A stretch of 64,000 nt of DNA, from positions 65,691-129,690 of the forward strand of contig JAZNSH010000017.1 of NCBI GenBank assembly GCA_045591115.1. Reading direction: 5' to 3'. Below the pieces are notes generated by a model. The model searched no databases and was not told the DNA's origin. It worked only from the letters and a program-made list of their open reading frames with translations. Origin of the DNA: Clostridia bacterium (GTDB taxonomy: Bacteria; Bacillota; Clostridia; Christensenellales; QALW01). Position numbers and translations under genes: made by a program. Positions 18,370-27,777 of this stretch are shown here, in pieces (within the stretch, counting starts at the first letter, position 1; every line of letters begins with the position of its first letter).

Positions 18370-20514
18370 CTATTTTAATTTATAAAGCTCGATGCCGTTT
18401 TCGTTGTAAACAAGATCGGCTATTTGATAAATACCTTCGTAATCGATATTCCATCCTTTTGCACGCTCATAGTCACTTATCATAATGTAATCTACGCTAT
18501 GCTTTTTAAAGAGATCAAGGCAATCAAGAGGCATATTATACATTAGCTGAACGTCACTTTGAAGCTCATTATAACCGGGCAGACCGTGAGTTGAGAAGAA
18601 CCAACCTCCGCCACAAACAACGCTTCTTCCTGCAAGACCTGTAACGGAGTTGTTAAAGCGGTCCTCGGTTAAGATAATATCTTCTTCATCGGTGTTTTCC
18701 TTTATCCATTCAGCAACTTCAACGTGAGGAGCGGAGAACATTTCGATATCATCGGCAACGTACTCTCTGCCCATTGAAAGAACGCCTGAAAGAGTGCAGG
18801 TTACCATAACGCCAACGGCTAAAACGTATCGCCCGTTCATACCCTTCATTTTCTCGAAAACGTTTACCATAAAGTTGGCAACAACGCCTATTGCAAGGAT
18901 AAATGCAGGATAGATGATCTTGTTATTATCATAAGTGTTGGGCTGAAGTGCAAGTGTTTCTGCAAGCAACATAAGTGTTGCGATAGGTGCCGCCACAGAT
19001 AACATTCTTCGTGATGAGCTGAAAAGTGCGGGAATAATTAAAAGTGCGGGAATACCTACGTTTTTAATATAGAACCAGAAATAATTATCCTTTGAGTTTA
19101 CCCAGTTGAAGTGTGGCTCAAGGAAGCCTTCCCCTGAAGTTTGACCGAAAGTAAATGCGATAAGCTGAGGCAGTGCAAGCACAAGAACTATGGCAAGATA
19201 TAAGCCCCAAGTAGTCAGAATCTCTTTAAACTTGCCTTCAAAAAGATTCATAATAATAAGTGCCAAATATACGGCGCCTATAATTCCACCGCAGATGATG
19301 AGCACTGAGAAGCCTGCAACGTCATACATTGAGCTATTGGGATAGCTATTCATTATACCTAAAATGTCATCCTCATTGACAAGTATGTACCTAAACAAAA
19401 ATGCGCCCAATATAAGAATGGCAATGGCACCGATGCCTGCATAGAGAGGCTTGAATTTCAGGTTTGCATAGAGCCTTGAAATCATCCACGTTGCCGATAT
19501 AAGACCTATTGCAAGGAAAATATGAGTGGAGATCAAGGGCGTTAGTCCTGCCAAAATAGCCGCAGGAATAAACATAATATTTTCTTTCAGGAAAACGGCT
19601 CTGTATAAAAGATATATTACCGCAAAGAGCATCATCCAACCAAAGAGCGTTGCTCTCTGAGGAATCATCATATCGCAGAAGGTGTTCACCCAGCGGATCA
19701 TATTGCCGTCAAGGTTAGTGGGTGTTTCGTAAAGATTCTCAAAAATGCGGTTAAAGTTATCGGGATTGGTTTTCCAATTTTCAAAGAAATACCAAAAACC
19801 AAAGCCACCGTTAAAGGTGAAAAGACTCCAGGCAACCATTGATTTGGAGAGCTTTTTAAGCCACATCTTGAAGAAGAGCATTGCGCCAAGATAAATGTTA
19901 AAAGCACCCATAATGGTGGGGATAATATAGGACCATCTTAAGGAGGCACCCCAGATATAAATAGATGAGGAAACGGTATCGCTTAAGAAAGGATAAGATG
20001 CCTGCACCCCGGGGGCAATGTTATAATCAAAGGGAACTGTGCCTTGGGTTATGGGGCCGTTAATAAAGCTTAAGTGAATATGCACGTCAGCATAAGTGCT
20101 TTGACCAAAGTACATTCCGCCTGCTTCCGTTGGCTGCATAATGTGGCTTGTTTGAACGATTCCATAAAAAACCGTCATAATAATAACGGGAATAAGCATA
20201 TAAAGATCCGTTTTATCAAAGAAAAAGTCAAAGGTAAGCTCTTTGCGTTTCTTTGCACGGAATAATATTCCTGCTGTGATTGCAAGAAGCAAGACAAGTG
20301 CAAGAATATGAGATAGCTTGTTGAAGCCCAAAATAAATGAAAAGGCAACGGGCAACCACATAAAAAGCACAGTGCCGATAACCGTACCTAACCAGACCCT
20401 CGTTAATGAGGACAGATGCCTGAAAAAGAATTGGGATATTGTAACGCCACCCAATATAAAAATAGTAAAATAAAGGAAACCTATGAGGTTTCCTAAAAAA
20501 GTTCCGTTGATCAT
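18370..20514 (-). CDS. large polytopic membrane protein with C-terminal soluble domain (GT-C/ArnT-like fold suspected)
   Basis: 714 aa with more than 12 hydrophobic segments. It starts 13 nt after the dnaA stop codon. No family was recognised with certainty. Confidence 0.7.
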   Translation of the reverse strand: MINGTFLGNLIGFLYFTIFILGGVTISQFFFRHLSSLTRVWLGTVIGTVLFMWLPVAFSFILGFNKLSHILALVLLLAITAGILFRAKKRKELTFDFFFDKTDLYMLIPVIIMTVFYGIVQTSHIMQPTEAGGMYFGQSTYADVHIHLSFINGPITQGTVPFDYNIAPGVQASYPFLSDTVSSSIYIWGASLRWSYIIPTIMGAFNIYLGAMLFFKMWLKKLSKSMVAWSLFTFNGGFGFWYFFENWKTNPDNFNRIFENLYETPTNLDGNMIRWVNTFCDMMIPQRATLFGWMMLFAVIYLLYRAVFLKENIMFIPAAILAGLTPLISTHIFLAIGLISATWMISRLYANLKFKPLYAGIGAIAILILGAFLFRYILVNEDDILGIMNSYPNSSMYDVAGFSVLIICGGIIGAVYLALIIMNLFEGKFKEILTTWGLYLAIVLVLALPQLIAFTFGQTSGEGFLEPHFNWVNSKDNYFWFYIKNVGIPALLIIPALFSSSRRMLSVAAPIATLMLLAETLALQPNTYDNNKIIYPAFILAIGVVANFMVNVFEKMKGMNGRYVLAVGVMVTCTLSGVLSMGREYVADDIEMFSAPHVEVAEWIKENTDEEDIILTEDRFNNSVTGLAGRSVVCGGGWFFSTHGLPGYNELQSDVQLMYNMPLDCLDLFKKHSVDYIMISDYERAKGWNIDYEGIYQIADLVYNENGIELYKLK

Positions 20515-20526
20515 AAAATCATTCCT

Positions 20527-21864
20527 TTATTCGCCTTTTAAGCGCATAGTAATATCTTCCACTTCGTTTTTAACGGCAACGTCATTTTTAATAGCATTGC
20601 GGATCTTGCCGATGCCGTTAATGATAGTTGCGTGATCACGGCCGTTAAATTCATCGCCGATGCGCTTGTTTGAAAGATCGGTAAGCTCACGGCAAAGGAA
20701 GTAAGCAACGTGCCTGGGATGAACTATGGATTTATCTCGCCTTGGACCTAAAAGATCCTCGGTGGTAAGATTATAATATTCTGCAACCGTTGAAATGATC
20801 ATATCGGGAGTGCATTGCTTCTGAATCTCCGCGTTATAATCTCTTAAAACCTTTGAAACAAGGTCAACGGTGATAGGTGAGCCCGTTGTTTGGGCATAAA
20901 CAAGCACTCTCTTTAATGCGCCTTCAAGCTCACGAACGTTGTCGCTTGCTTTTTCGGCAATATGTAAAAGAATACTGTCATCAAGCTCGATCTTTTCAAA
21001 CTCTGCCTTCTTTCTTAAAATAGCGGCACGGGTTTCAAGATCGGGGGGAGTGATATCCACCAATAAACCGCCCTCAAAACGGGAACAAAGCCTATCGGAA
21101 AGAGTTTGAATACTCTTGGGCGGACGGTCGCTTGAAAGAATTATCTGCTTGTTTGAGGAGAAAAGATCGTTAATATTATGGAAAATCTCCTCCTGAGTGG
21201 AATCCTTGCCCGATAAGAACTGAACGTCATCAATCATCAAAACGTCAACATTCTCACGGAACTTGTCCCTGAAAACATCGATCTGATGCTTTGAAAGGGA
21301 ACGGATAAATTCGTTGGTATATTTTTCACAGGTAATATAAAGAACCTTTGTGTTGGGATTGTTTTCTAAAATATGATTTCCTATGGCGTGCATAAGATGA
21401 GTTTTTCCTACACCTACACCGCCATAAATAAACAGCGGGTTATTGATGGTGGCAGGTGCTTCGGCAACGCTCAGTGCGGCGGCGTGGGCAAACTGGTTAC
21501 CTGAGCCGATAACGAAGTTTTCAAAGGTATAGCGTTCGTTAAGCATTGGACGGGGAATAGAGGTTTTCTCTCTGATCGTGGTGTCCATTACCGAGGCGGC
21601 TTCAGATTCAAGAACCAGAATAACGTCAGCACCGGGCGAATCAATAACGATATTAAGTGCCGAAACTAAAAATGCGTGCATCATAGTTGCGGTCATCAAA
21701 TGCCTTCTCTGCATATCGGAGGTGGCTATTAAATATAAGGTGTTATCTTTAAAGGTAAGAGGCTTTAACGTTGCAATAAAGGTCTTATAAGAAATAGGGC
21801 TTATTTCTTGGGGAGACTGCTCGATTATTGCACATATATCGCTGAAAAGTTTATTAGCATCCAT
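20527..21864 (-). CDS. dnaA: chromosomal replication initiator protein DnaA
   Basis: 445 aa. Motifs are the Walker A GGVGVGKTHL, LMIDDVQFL, the sensor region and the C-terminal DNA-binding signature GRDHATI. Confidence 0.95.
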   Translation of the reverse strand: MDANKLFSDICAIIEQSPQEISPISYKTFIATLKPLTFKDNTLYLIATSDMQRRHLMTATMMHAFLVSALNIVIDSPGADVILVLESEAASVMDTTIREKTSIPRPMLNERYTFENFVIGSGNQFAHAAALSVAEAPATINNPLFIYGGVGVGKTHLMHAIGNHILENNPNTKVLYITCEKYTNEFIRSLSKHQIDVFRDKFRENVDVLMIDDVQFLSGKDSTQEEIFHNINDLFSSNKQIILSSDRPPKSIQTLSDRLCSRFEGGLLVDITPPDLETRAAILRKKAEFEKIELDDSILLHIAEKASDNVRELEGALKRVLVYAQTTGSPITVDLVSKVLRDYNAEIQKQCTPDMIISTVAEYYNLTTEDLLGPRRDKSIVHPRHVAYFLCRELTDLSNKRIGDEFNGRDHATIINGIGKIRNAIKNDVAVKNEVEDITMRLKGE

Positions 21865-21900
21865 TTTTAAAATCCTCCTTCCTTATCTTTAAATAATTGG

Positions 21901-21935
21901 AAACAAAAACAGCGTAAAAAAACGCTGCTTTTTTT
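21901..21935 (-). terminator. terminator-like hairpin between GH20 stop and dnaA start
   Basis: CAGCG-A7-CGCTG hairpin with T-runs on both strands. Confidence 0.5.
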
Positions 21936-22016
21936 AGCTTGGAATGATATCATAACATAAAACGAAAAAAATATCAACAGAAAAAAGACAATTTTTTCAA
22001 AGAATTTTTTTCAAAT

Positions 22017-22025
22017 TGTGGATAA
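22017..22025 (-). promoter_or_regulatory. perfect DnaA box (TTATCCACA)
   Basis: TGTGGATAA on the plus strand, 153-161 nt upstream of the dnaA ATG. Confidence 0.7.
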
Positions 22026-22031
22026 CTTTTT

Positions 22032-23561
22032 TTAGCATACAATATGTTGTAGTACTGTATTTAGTGCGTCTATATAATATGTTGCAAAAGGACTGTCCAA
22101 GTTTTCTAACGTGCTTTTTATTTCTTTAAGTTTAGAAATGGGGGTGGTTATTTTTGAATAATCAAATGCACCTTGAGCAAAAAGTCTTGGTGGAAGAATA
22201 TCACAATATATAAGTGAAAGGTCAAGATCCTCGGGCGTTGACGCACCTAAAACGCAACGGGTGATAAAGCGTTTATAGTCATCTGTATAATTTAATTCTT
22301 TGCCTGACCAAAGCTTATCACCAAACAGAAAAACGGCAAAGGGCAGGGATGTATTATAATGCTCGTATTTCTTGTTACCATATTCCCATGCGCAGATTTC
22401 ACTACCCATAATTTTTTCAGGAAAATCGTTTTCGGGGTTAGCACGCCAATCAAATTTGCTTAACGTGGATGAGTTCATATAATGGTCAAAGTCGAAATAC
22501 GTTTCAGGATAGTATGAATTTATAAGTGTGTATCCCATTTTTAACTGACCGTTCATTGAACAATTTTCGTAAGGACCTCTGTCCTTCATGGCAATGCGCC
22601 AGAAGTGCATTATTACGTCCTTGGGAATGGGGCAGGGACGGGCGCAATCTATCTGATCCGACCACATTATCATCTGTCGGTCATATTTTTTTACTATGGA
22701 ATATATTTTGTTTACAAAGTAATAGTAAAGCTCTTGCCTGTCCTTTAAGCCTTCCCTTTTCATTAGGGCGTTGCAGGTGGGGCATTCATCCCATTTGCAC
22801 AGAAGATTGCGTTCGGGTCTGTCGGCAAATTCAAGCTCGTCACCGCCCATATGAAAGTATTTTCCTTCAAAAATTGAGGTTACTTCCTTAATAACGGAAT
22901 CGTAAAACTCATATACTTTTTCCGAACCTGCGCAAACCGTCCACGCACTGGGAGAATCCACCTTGCACAGAAAATCGGGAAGTGACTCAATTATTTTTGA
23001 GGAATGGGCGGGCATATCAATTTCGGGTACAATCTCTAATGCTAAAAGCTTTGCAAGAGAATTAAGCTCTTTCATCTGCTCAACGGTATAAGCATTTTCA
23101 AGATACGATTCTTCAGGAAAGCTTTCTGCCCTGAAGCAGATGCCCTCACTGTCAAACAAATGAAGGTGCAGATGATTTAATTTTGCTTTTGCAATTAAAA
23201 TAACGTGATTCTTTAATTCACCAAAGTCGCGGATGCCTCGGGCAAGGTCAAGCATAACGCTTCTGTAAGAGCAATCAGGCTTTTGGGAAAGGGTGCAGGC
23301 TTCAAAGAAGAGCGCGTTATCCCTTACTCTTGCCAAAGTGGAAAGTGTTGCAAGGGCATTTCTCAAGGAAAGATAATCACCGTATCTCACCGTGATTTTT
23401 TCATTTATCTCAAGTGCAAATTCTTCACTTTCAAAATTACCCTGAACAAGCGTGATAATTGCATCGCCACTTAAAACATACGTTGCTTCGGGGAGAAAAT
23501 ATTCAAGAAGCTTTATTGCTCTTTCGTCCGAAACGGTAACGTTTACTAAATCAAGTTTCAT
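22032..23561 (-). CDS. GH20 family beta-N-acetylhexosaminidase-like
   Basis: HLHLHLFDSEG and the FHMGGDE catalytic pair are present. There is no signal peptide. The RBS is AAGGAGG. Confidence 0.8.
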   Translation of the reverse strand: MKLDLVNVTVSDERAIKLLEYFLPEATYVLSGDAIITLVQGNFESEEFALEINEKITVRYGDYLSLRNALATLSTLARVRDNALFFEACTLSQKPDCSYRSVMLDLARGIRDFGELKNHVILIAKAKLNHLHLHLFDSEGICFRAESFPEESYLENAYTVEQMKELNSLAKLLALEIVPEIDMPAHSSKIIESLPDFLCKVDSPSAWTVCAGSEKVYEFYDSVIKEVTSIFEGKYFHMGGDELEFADRPERNLLCKWDECPTCNALMKREGLKDRQELYYYFVNKIYSIVKKYDRQMIMWSDQIDCARPCPIPKDVIMHFWRIAMKDRGPYENCSMNGQLKMGYTLINSYYPETYFDFDHYMNSSTLSKFDWRANPENDFPEKIMGSEICAWEYGNKKYEHYNTSLPFAVFLFGDKLWSGKELNYTDDYKRFITRCVLGASTPEDLDLSLIYCDILPPRLFAQGAFDYSKITTPISKLKEIKSTLENLDSPFATYYIDALNTVLQHIVC

Positions 23562-23585
23562 AAAAATACCTCCTTATACAGTAGC

Positions 23586-23614
23586 ATTATACAATAGTTG
23601 CTTTTAAATTGCAA
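23586..23614 (-). promoter_or_regulatory. sigma-A-type promoter of GH20 gene
   Basis: TTGCAA, 17-nt spacer, TATAAT on the minus strand. Confidence 0.55.
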
Positions 23615-23656
23615 TATATATTTTAAGTTGTAATATATATAAATTTTATTCCTATT

Positions 23657-23692
23657 GACGGGGGAAAACAAGGTATCCCCGTGTCTCTAAAA
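23657..23692. repeat. hairpin element, left copy of inverted pair flanking GH30 gene
   Basis: The reverse complement TTTTAGAGACACGGGGA..CCCCCGT resembles 25088-25124. Confidence 0.55.
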
Positions 23693-23720
23693 TATTTCAT
23701 AGCCTACCCCCAAAAAACGA

Positions 23721-24992
23721 TTATTTTAATTTAATAGAGTTAAACGAACGAGGCTTTAATTTGTAATTTTTACCTTCAATTGTAACAATTTTTTCAAATT
23801 CAAAGGGATTAAGAATTATAGCAAATATAGAGTCATCCAAATTTTTAAATACAGTAGCATTAGAACTCATTTCACCCTTGGTGGACAATAACACAGCACC
23901 GCGTTTTACAAAGTGGGAAAAATGCTTTAATAAATAAAATTCAGGATTGTAGGTGTATTCCCCATCTTTTACACTAATAAGTGAATTTTGATACCAACCC
24001 CAAGTACTAAGCCCATCATTATCCAATGCCATATTCCAATAAACATTGGCACGCACACCGTTAACAAAATAATGATGCATAAGATGATACGTGTACATTG
24101 CATATTTCCAAGTATTGGTTCCGTCTCCGCATTGACATTCGCTTTGAATCAAATCCAAATGCGGAAAATCTTCCTTTGCCTGCATTATAGCATATTTTCC
24201 TGCCCACTGATATGCTGCACCTTTAATATTTTCCCTTAATTTAGGGTTTTGCATTAAGAGATTAAGATAATCGTTATGTAACTGGTCATCGCGAACAGGA
24301 TCAGGACCGTTACAGGTTCCGTAATAGACATTTACCAAATCTTTAACCGCATCAACAAGATAACACATAAAGTTTTCAAGTTCTCGGGCGTTATAAACAC
24401 ATGATGGAAATTTTTGGGTTGAAAAAAACTCATTTTGCGGACATACTGCCACGATTTTAATATTTTCCTTCGCGTATTCTTCAAGAAATCTCCTGAAATA
24501 CAAAGCATACGCTTTTAAATTTTCTGGTGTTTGAACAAGCTTTCCGAAATTACATACCTTCGGAAATTTCATCCAAACTGGCGGACTCCAAGGAGAAGCA
24601 AAAAATTCAATTTTTTCAGAGCGCTTTTGCGCCTCTTTGATAGCGGGAATAATATACTTTCTATCCCTGTCTATTGAAAAATTCTTCATCTCGAAATCAT
24701 TTTCAGTTTCGTTATAACTATACCAACTTTCAGCAAAATCGTTAGCGCCTATCGAAAGTCTGCAATAATCAAAACCGCAACCATCACCGGAAAACAAGTC
24801 ATCGAATACTTGCTTTTGCTTATCCTTTGATAAAGAAAATATTGCTTTTGCACAAATTTCACTTATGCAACATCCAAAGCCAAAAAGACCTTTACCGTTT
24901 TCATCGCCTATAACAAGTTCGCATCCTTTTTCATCTGTAAAGTTATTATCAATAACCCACTTTTCATTTTTTGTTGAAGATATCCACAACAT
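23721..24992 (-). CDS. GH30 family glycoside hydrolase (glucosylceramidase-like)
   Basis: FGFGCC, FASPWSPPVWMK and the CPQNEF acid/base region are present. There is no signal peptide. Confidence 0.85.
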   Translation of the reverse strand: MLWISSTKNEKWVIDNNFTDEKGCELVIGDENGKGLFGFGCCISEICAKAIFSLSKDKQKQVFDDLFSGDGCGFDYCRLSIGANDFAESWYSYNETENDFEMKNFSIDRDRKYIIPAIKEAQKRSEKIEFFASPWSPPVWMKFPKVCNFGKLVQTPENLKAYALYFRRFLEEYAKENIKIVAVCPQNEFFSTQKFPSCVYNARELENFMCYLVDAVKDLVNVYYGTCNGPDPVRDDQLHNDYLNLLMQNPKLRENIKGAAYQWAGKYAIMQAKEDFPHLDLIQSECQCGDGTNTWKYAMYTYHLMHHYFVNGVRANVYWNMALDNDGLSTWGWYQNSLISVKDGEYTYNPEFYLLKHFSHFVKRGAVLLSTKGEMSSNATVFKNLDDSIFAIILNPFEFEKIVTIEGKNYKLKPRSFNSIKLK

Positions 24993-25040
24993 TTACATCG
25001 CTCCTAACATATTTTTTAAAATTATTATATAATCAAATGA

Positions 25041-25069
25041 TTGACTTTTCTTGCCATAAACACTATAAT
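25041..25069 (+). promoter_or_regulatory. orphan consensus promoter facing a terminator about 35 nt downstream
   Basis: TTGACT, 17-nt spacer, TATAAT. Confidence 0.45.
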
Positions 25070-25087
25070 TAATAGATAAAATTTGAC

Positions 25088-25134
25088 TTTTAGACAGGGA
25101 CACGGGGACGGTTCTCTTGTCCCCTTGTTTTTTT
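25088..25134 (+). terminator. hairpin element (right copy of inverted pair) acting as plus-strand terminator
   Basis: GGGGAC-ggttctctt-GTCCCC hairpin followed by TTGTTTTTTT. Confidence 0.55.
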
Positions 25135-25151
25135 AAAGATTAAAATTTCAT

Positions 25152-25180
25152 TTGACACAAACGGCTTTGTCTATTATAAT
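25152..25180 (+). promoter_or_regulatory. sigma-A promoter of rpmH operon
   Basis: TTGACA, 17-nt spacer, TATAAT, about 60 nt upstream of rpmH. Confidence 0.7.
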
Positions 25181-25240
25181 AAATAGGCTATAATGTAAAT
25201 TTGCGCCCATAGGGCGATTTATGAAAGGATGAATTAAATT

Positions 25241-25375
25241 ATGTTACGCACTTATCAAACTAACAGACGTAAAAGAAAAAAGGTACACGGCTTCCGTAAG
25301 AGAATGCAGACCAAGAACGGCAGAAACGTTCTTCAGAGACGTCGCCGCAGAGGCAGAAAAGTACTCAGCGCATAA
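25241..25375 (+). CDS. rpmH: 50S ribosomal protein L34
   Basis: 44 aa: [44 protein letters not shown]. It is not in the ORF track because it is shorter than 60 aa. Confidence 0.95.
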   Translation: MLRTYQTNRRKRKKVHGFRKRMQTKNGRNVLQRRRRRGRKVLSA

Positions 25376-25392
25376 TATTTGGAGGTGCCCTC

Positions 25393-25737
25393 TTGAAAAA
25401 ACAGGATATGCTTAAAAAAAATAAGGAATTCCGCTATGTTGTTTCAAGGGGTAAATCTTTTTCGGCACCTTCAATGGTGCTTATTTGCGCAAAATCAAGG
25501 ACGGGCACTAAATTTGGGCTATCGGTAAGCTCAAAATTAGGTAATGCCGTTGTCCGCAACAGAACGAAAAGAATAATGCGTGCAGGGGTAACGCCTTTAA
25601 TGCCCGATCTTAAAAAGGATACGGCATATTTGTTTATTGCAAGGCGTGCTCTTATCGGGCAAAGCTCAGATTTTTGCCGCGAAGTTATGCTTTCATTATT
25701 ATTAAAGGCAGGGTGCATAAATGAAGAACCCTGTTAA
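25393..25737 (+). CDS. rnpA: ribonuclease P protein component
   Basis: TTG start after GGAGG. It is basic and carries the [11 protein letters not shown] motif. It lies directly after rpmH. Confidence 0.88.
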   Translation: MKKQDMLKKNKEFRYVVSRGKSFSAPSMVLICAKSRTGTKFGLSVSSKLGNAVVRNRTKRIMRAGVTPLMPDLKKDTAYLFIARRALIGQSSDFCREVMLSLLLKAGCINEEPC

Positions 25738-25969
25738 GGCTTTTTTCCTTTTTTTAATAAGAATGTATAAGAAGCATATTTCGCCTGCTTTGCCGCCTGC
25801 GTGCAGATTTGTCCCCACGTGCTCCGAGTATGCCTATACCGCCATTGAACGGTTCGGCGTGATTAAAGGCGGAGCGCTTTCCTTGTGGCGCATAATGCGT
25901 TGCAATCCCTTTTGCAAAGGTGGGTACGATCCCGTGCCCGAGAAAAAAAGACAGGAGAATTCCAAGTGA
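25721..25969 (+). CDS. yidD: membrane protein insertion efficiency factor YidD
   Basis: ISP..PP.CRF.PTCSEYA..AI...G..KG is present. Confidence 0.88.
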   Translation: MKNPVKAFFLFLIRMYKKHISPALPPACRFVPTCSEYAYTAIERFGVIKGGALSLWRIMRCNPFCKGGYDPVPEKKRQENSK

Positions 25970-26940
25970 GCGAATTTTTTGGTGAGATCTTTAACTGGAT
26001 CAATAATACGATTACGGGAAATTACGGTCTTTCAATTATCCTGTTTACCATTTTGTTCAGGCTCTTATTGCTTCCCTTTGATATCCGCAGCCGTGTAGGT
26101 CAGCGCGAGTACACAAAGAAGCTTAACAAGATCAAGCCTGAAATGGATATGATAAACAAGGCTTATAAGAATGACCCCCAAAAAGCACAGCAGATGATGA
26201 TGGCTATCAGAAAGCGTGAGGGGATAGGTATGCTTCCTAAAGGATGCGGCACTATGCTTCTTACTTATCCTATCCTTATTGCTTTCTTTGCAGTTTTCAG
26301 AAACATTGCCGCAGAAAAGACAATGGAGCTTGCAGAATATGCCGCTGCAAATAATACTCAAGAAATAGCCAACTGGTTTGATACCAACGGCTTTTTATGG
26401 ATCAAAAACATCTGGCAGCCTGACGTTTTCTTTAACTTCTCAGAAACTTGGGGAATGAGAACCATCTGGATCATCAACGGTATTGATGGTAACATTCTTC
26501 CCGAAACCGTTCAGCAGGTGCAGGCTGTTCTCAGCCCGGTAGACCTTGCCGGACAGAGCCAGACAGTATTTGATAATCTTGCAAATGCAAGAGCTTATAT
26601 TGCCGAAGCATATCCTACTATCAGCTCTGTAGCTCAGTTTGGCGGTAACGGTTTCTATATTTTCCCGTTGCTTTCAGGTTTAGCACAAGTATTAAGCTTT
26701 AAGATGACAAGCGCACAGCAGCAGGCTGATCCTATGGCTCAGCAGCAGGGCAAGGGCGGCGGTAAGTTTATGAAAATATTCTTCCCCATCTTGTTCGTTT
26801 ACTTCTGCCTTGTATCTTCCGCTGCACTTGCAATTTATTGGACAACCTCAAGCCTTTGCATGATCGTGTCAAACTATACTATCAATAAAGTTCTTGACGC
26901 CAGGGATAAGAAAAAGTTACAGCTTGAAGGAGAAAAATAA
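25966..26940 (+). CDS. yidC: membrane protein insertase YidC (short Gram-positive type)
   Basis: The GTG at 25966 follows AGGAG and overlaps the yidD stop. The protein has the [13 protein letters not shown] and KGCG..LL..PI motifs. Confidence 0.85.
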   Translation: MSEFFGEIFNWINNTITGNYGLSIILFTILFRLLLLPFDIRSRVGQREYTKKLNKIKPEMDMINKAYKNDPQKAQQMMMAIRKREGIGMLPKGCGTMLLTYPILIAFFAVFRNIAAEKTMELAEYAAANNTQEIANWFDTNGFLWIKNIWQPDVFFNFSETWGMRTIWIINGIDGNILPETVQQVQAVLSPVDLAGQSQTVFDNLANARAYIAEAYPTISSVAQFGGNGFYIFPLLSGLAQVLSFKMTSAQQQADPMAQQQGKGGGKFMKIFFPILFVYFCLVSSAALAIYWTTSSLCMIVSNYTINKVLDARDKKKLQLEGEK

Positions 26941-27713
26941 TGGCAAGAGTTATTGAGATCGAGGGTAAAACCATCGATGAGGCTCTGTATCACGGCTTAG
27001 ATCAGCTTCATTTAACCATTGATGAGGTTGATATGGAAGTTCTTGATTATGGCTCAAAAGGCTTTATGGGCATTGGTCACAAGCCCGTTAAGATCAGGCT
27101 TTCAGAGCGTGAAGAAGCAGTTATTCCCGATTTTGTTCTTAATAAGGATAAGCCTAAAGAAAAGGCTCCCCGTAAGGACAGACGTGAAAAACCGCGCAGA
27201 GAGAAGATTGAAAAAGAGGATGCGCCCGTTGAAGCTAAGGGCGAATATTTCCCCGAAGGAACTGAGTTTGTTGAAAACGAGGTTACTGAGTTTTTAAAAG
27301 GTCTTATGGACCACGTTGGCATAGAAAACGGTACAGTTAAAGCCGCTAATACCGATAACGGCTTGCTGGTTAACCTTGAGGGCGACGATATGGGCGTGCT
27401 TATCGGCAGACGCGGTGAAACACTTGATGCAGTTCAGTATCTTGCTTCACTTGTGTACAATAAGGATAAGGACGATTATCATCGCATCACCGTTGATACC
27501 GAAAACTATCGCAAAAAGAGAGAAAATACTCTCATCCGCCTTGCACGCAAAAAGGCAGTGCAGGTTGCAAAGACGGGCAGAAGGGTTGCTTTTGAACCTA
27601 TGAGCCCCTTTGAAAGAAGAATTATCCATTTTGCACTTCAGAACGATAAGTTCGTTACAACATTCTCAGAGGGTGAGGAGCCTAATAGATATGTTGTTAT
27701 CGACAAAAAATAA
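26940..27713 (+). CDS. jag: RNA-binding protein Jag/KhpB (Jag_N, KH, R3H)
   Basis: GFMGIG, a KH-type GRRG.TLDA.QYL and an R3H-type ER...H region are present. It lies in the conserved position after yidC. Confidence 0.88.
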   Translation: MARVIEIEGKTIDEALYHGLDQLHLTIDEVDMEVLDYGSKGFMGIGHKPVKIRLSEREEAVIPDFVLNKDKPKEKAPRKDRREKPRREKIEKEDAPVEAKGEYFPEGTEFVENEVTEFLKGLMDHVGIENGTVKAANTDNGLLVNLEGDDMGVLIGRRGETLDAVQYLASLVYNKDKDDYHRITVDTENYRKKRENTLIRLARKKAVQVAKTGRRVAFEPMSPFERRIIHFALQNDKFVTTFSEGEEPNRYVVIDKK

Positions 27714-27731
27714 CTGAAGAGGTAATTATAG

Positions 27732-27761
27732 AAGAGCTCTGGATTATCCTGAGCTCTTTTT
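27732..27761 (+). terminator. intrinsic terminator after jag
   Basis: AAGAGCTC/GAGCTCTT hairpin with a T-run. Confidence 0.65.
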
Positions 27762-27777
27762 ATTAAAGGAGAGTTTT

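Noticed and set aside
25885-25965. N-terminal extension of the yidC ORF (track start 25885)
   Set aside because: The extension lies entirely inside yidD in another frame. The GTG at 25966, with an AGGAG RBS, gives the canonical YidC N-terminus.
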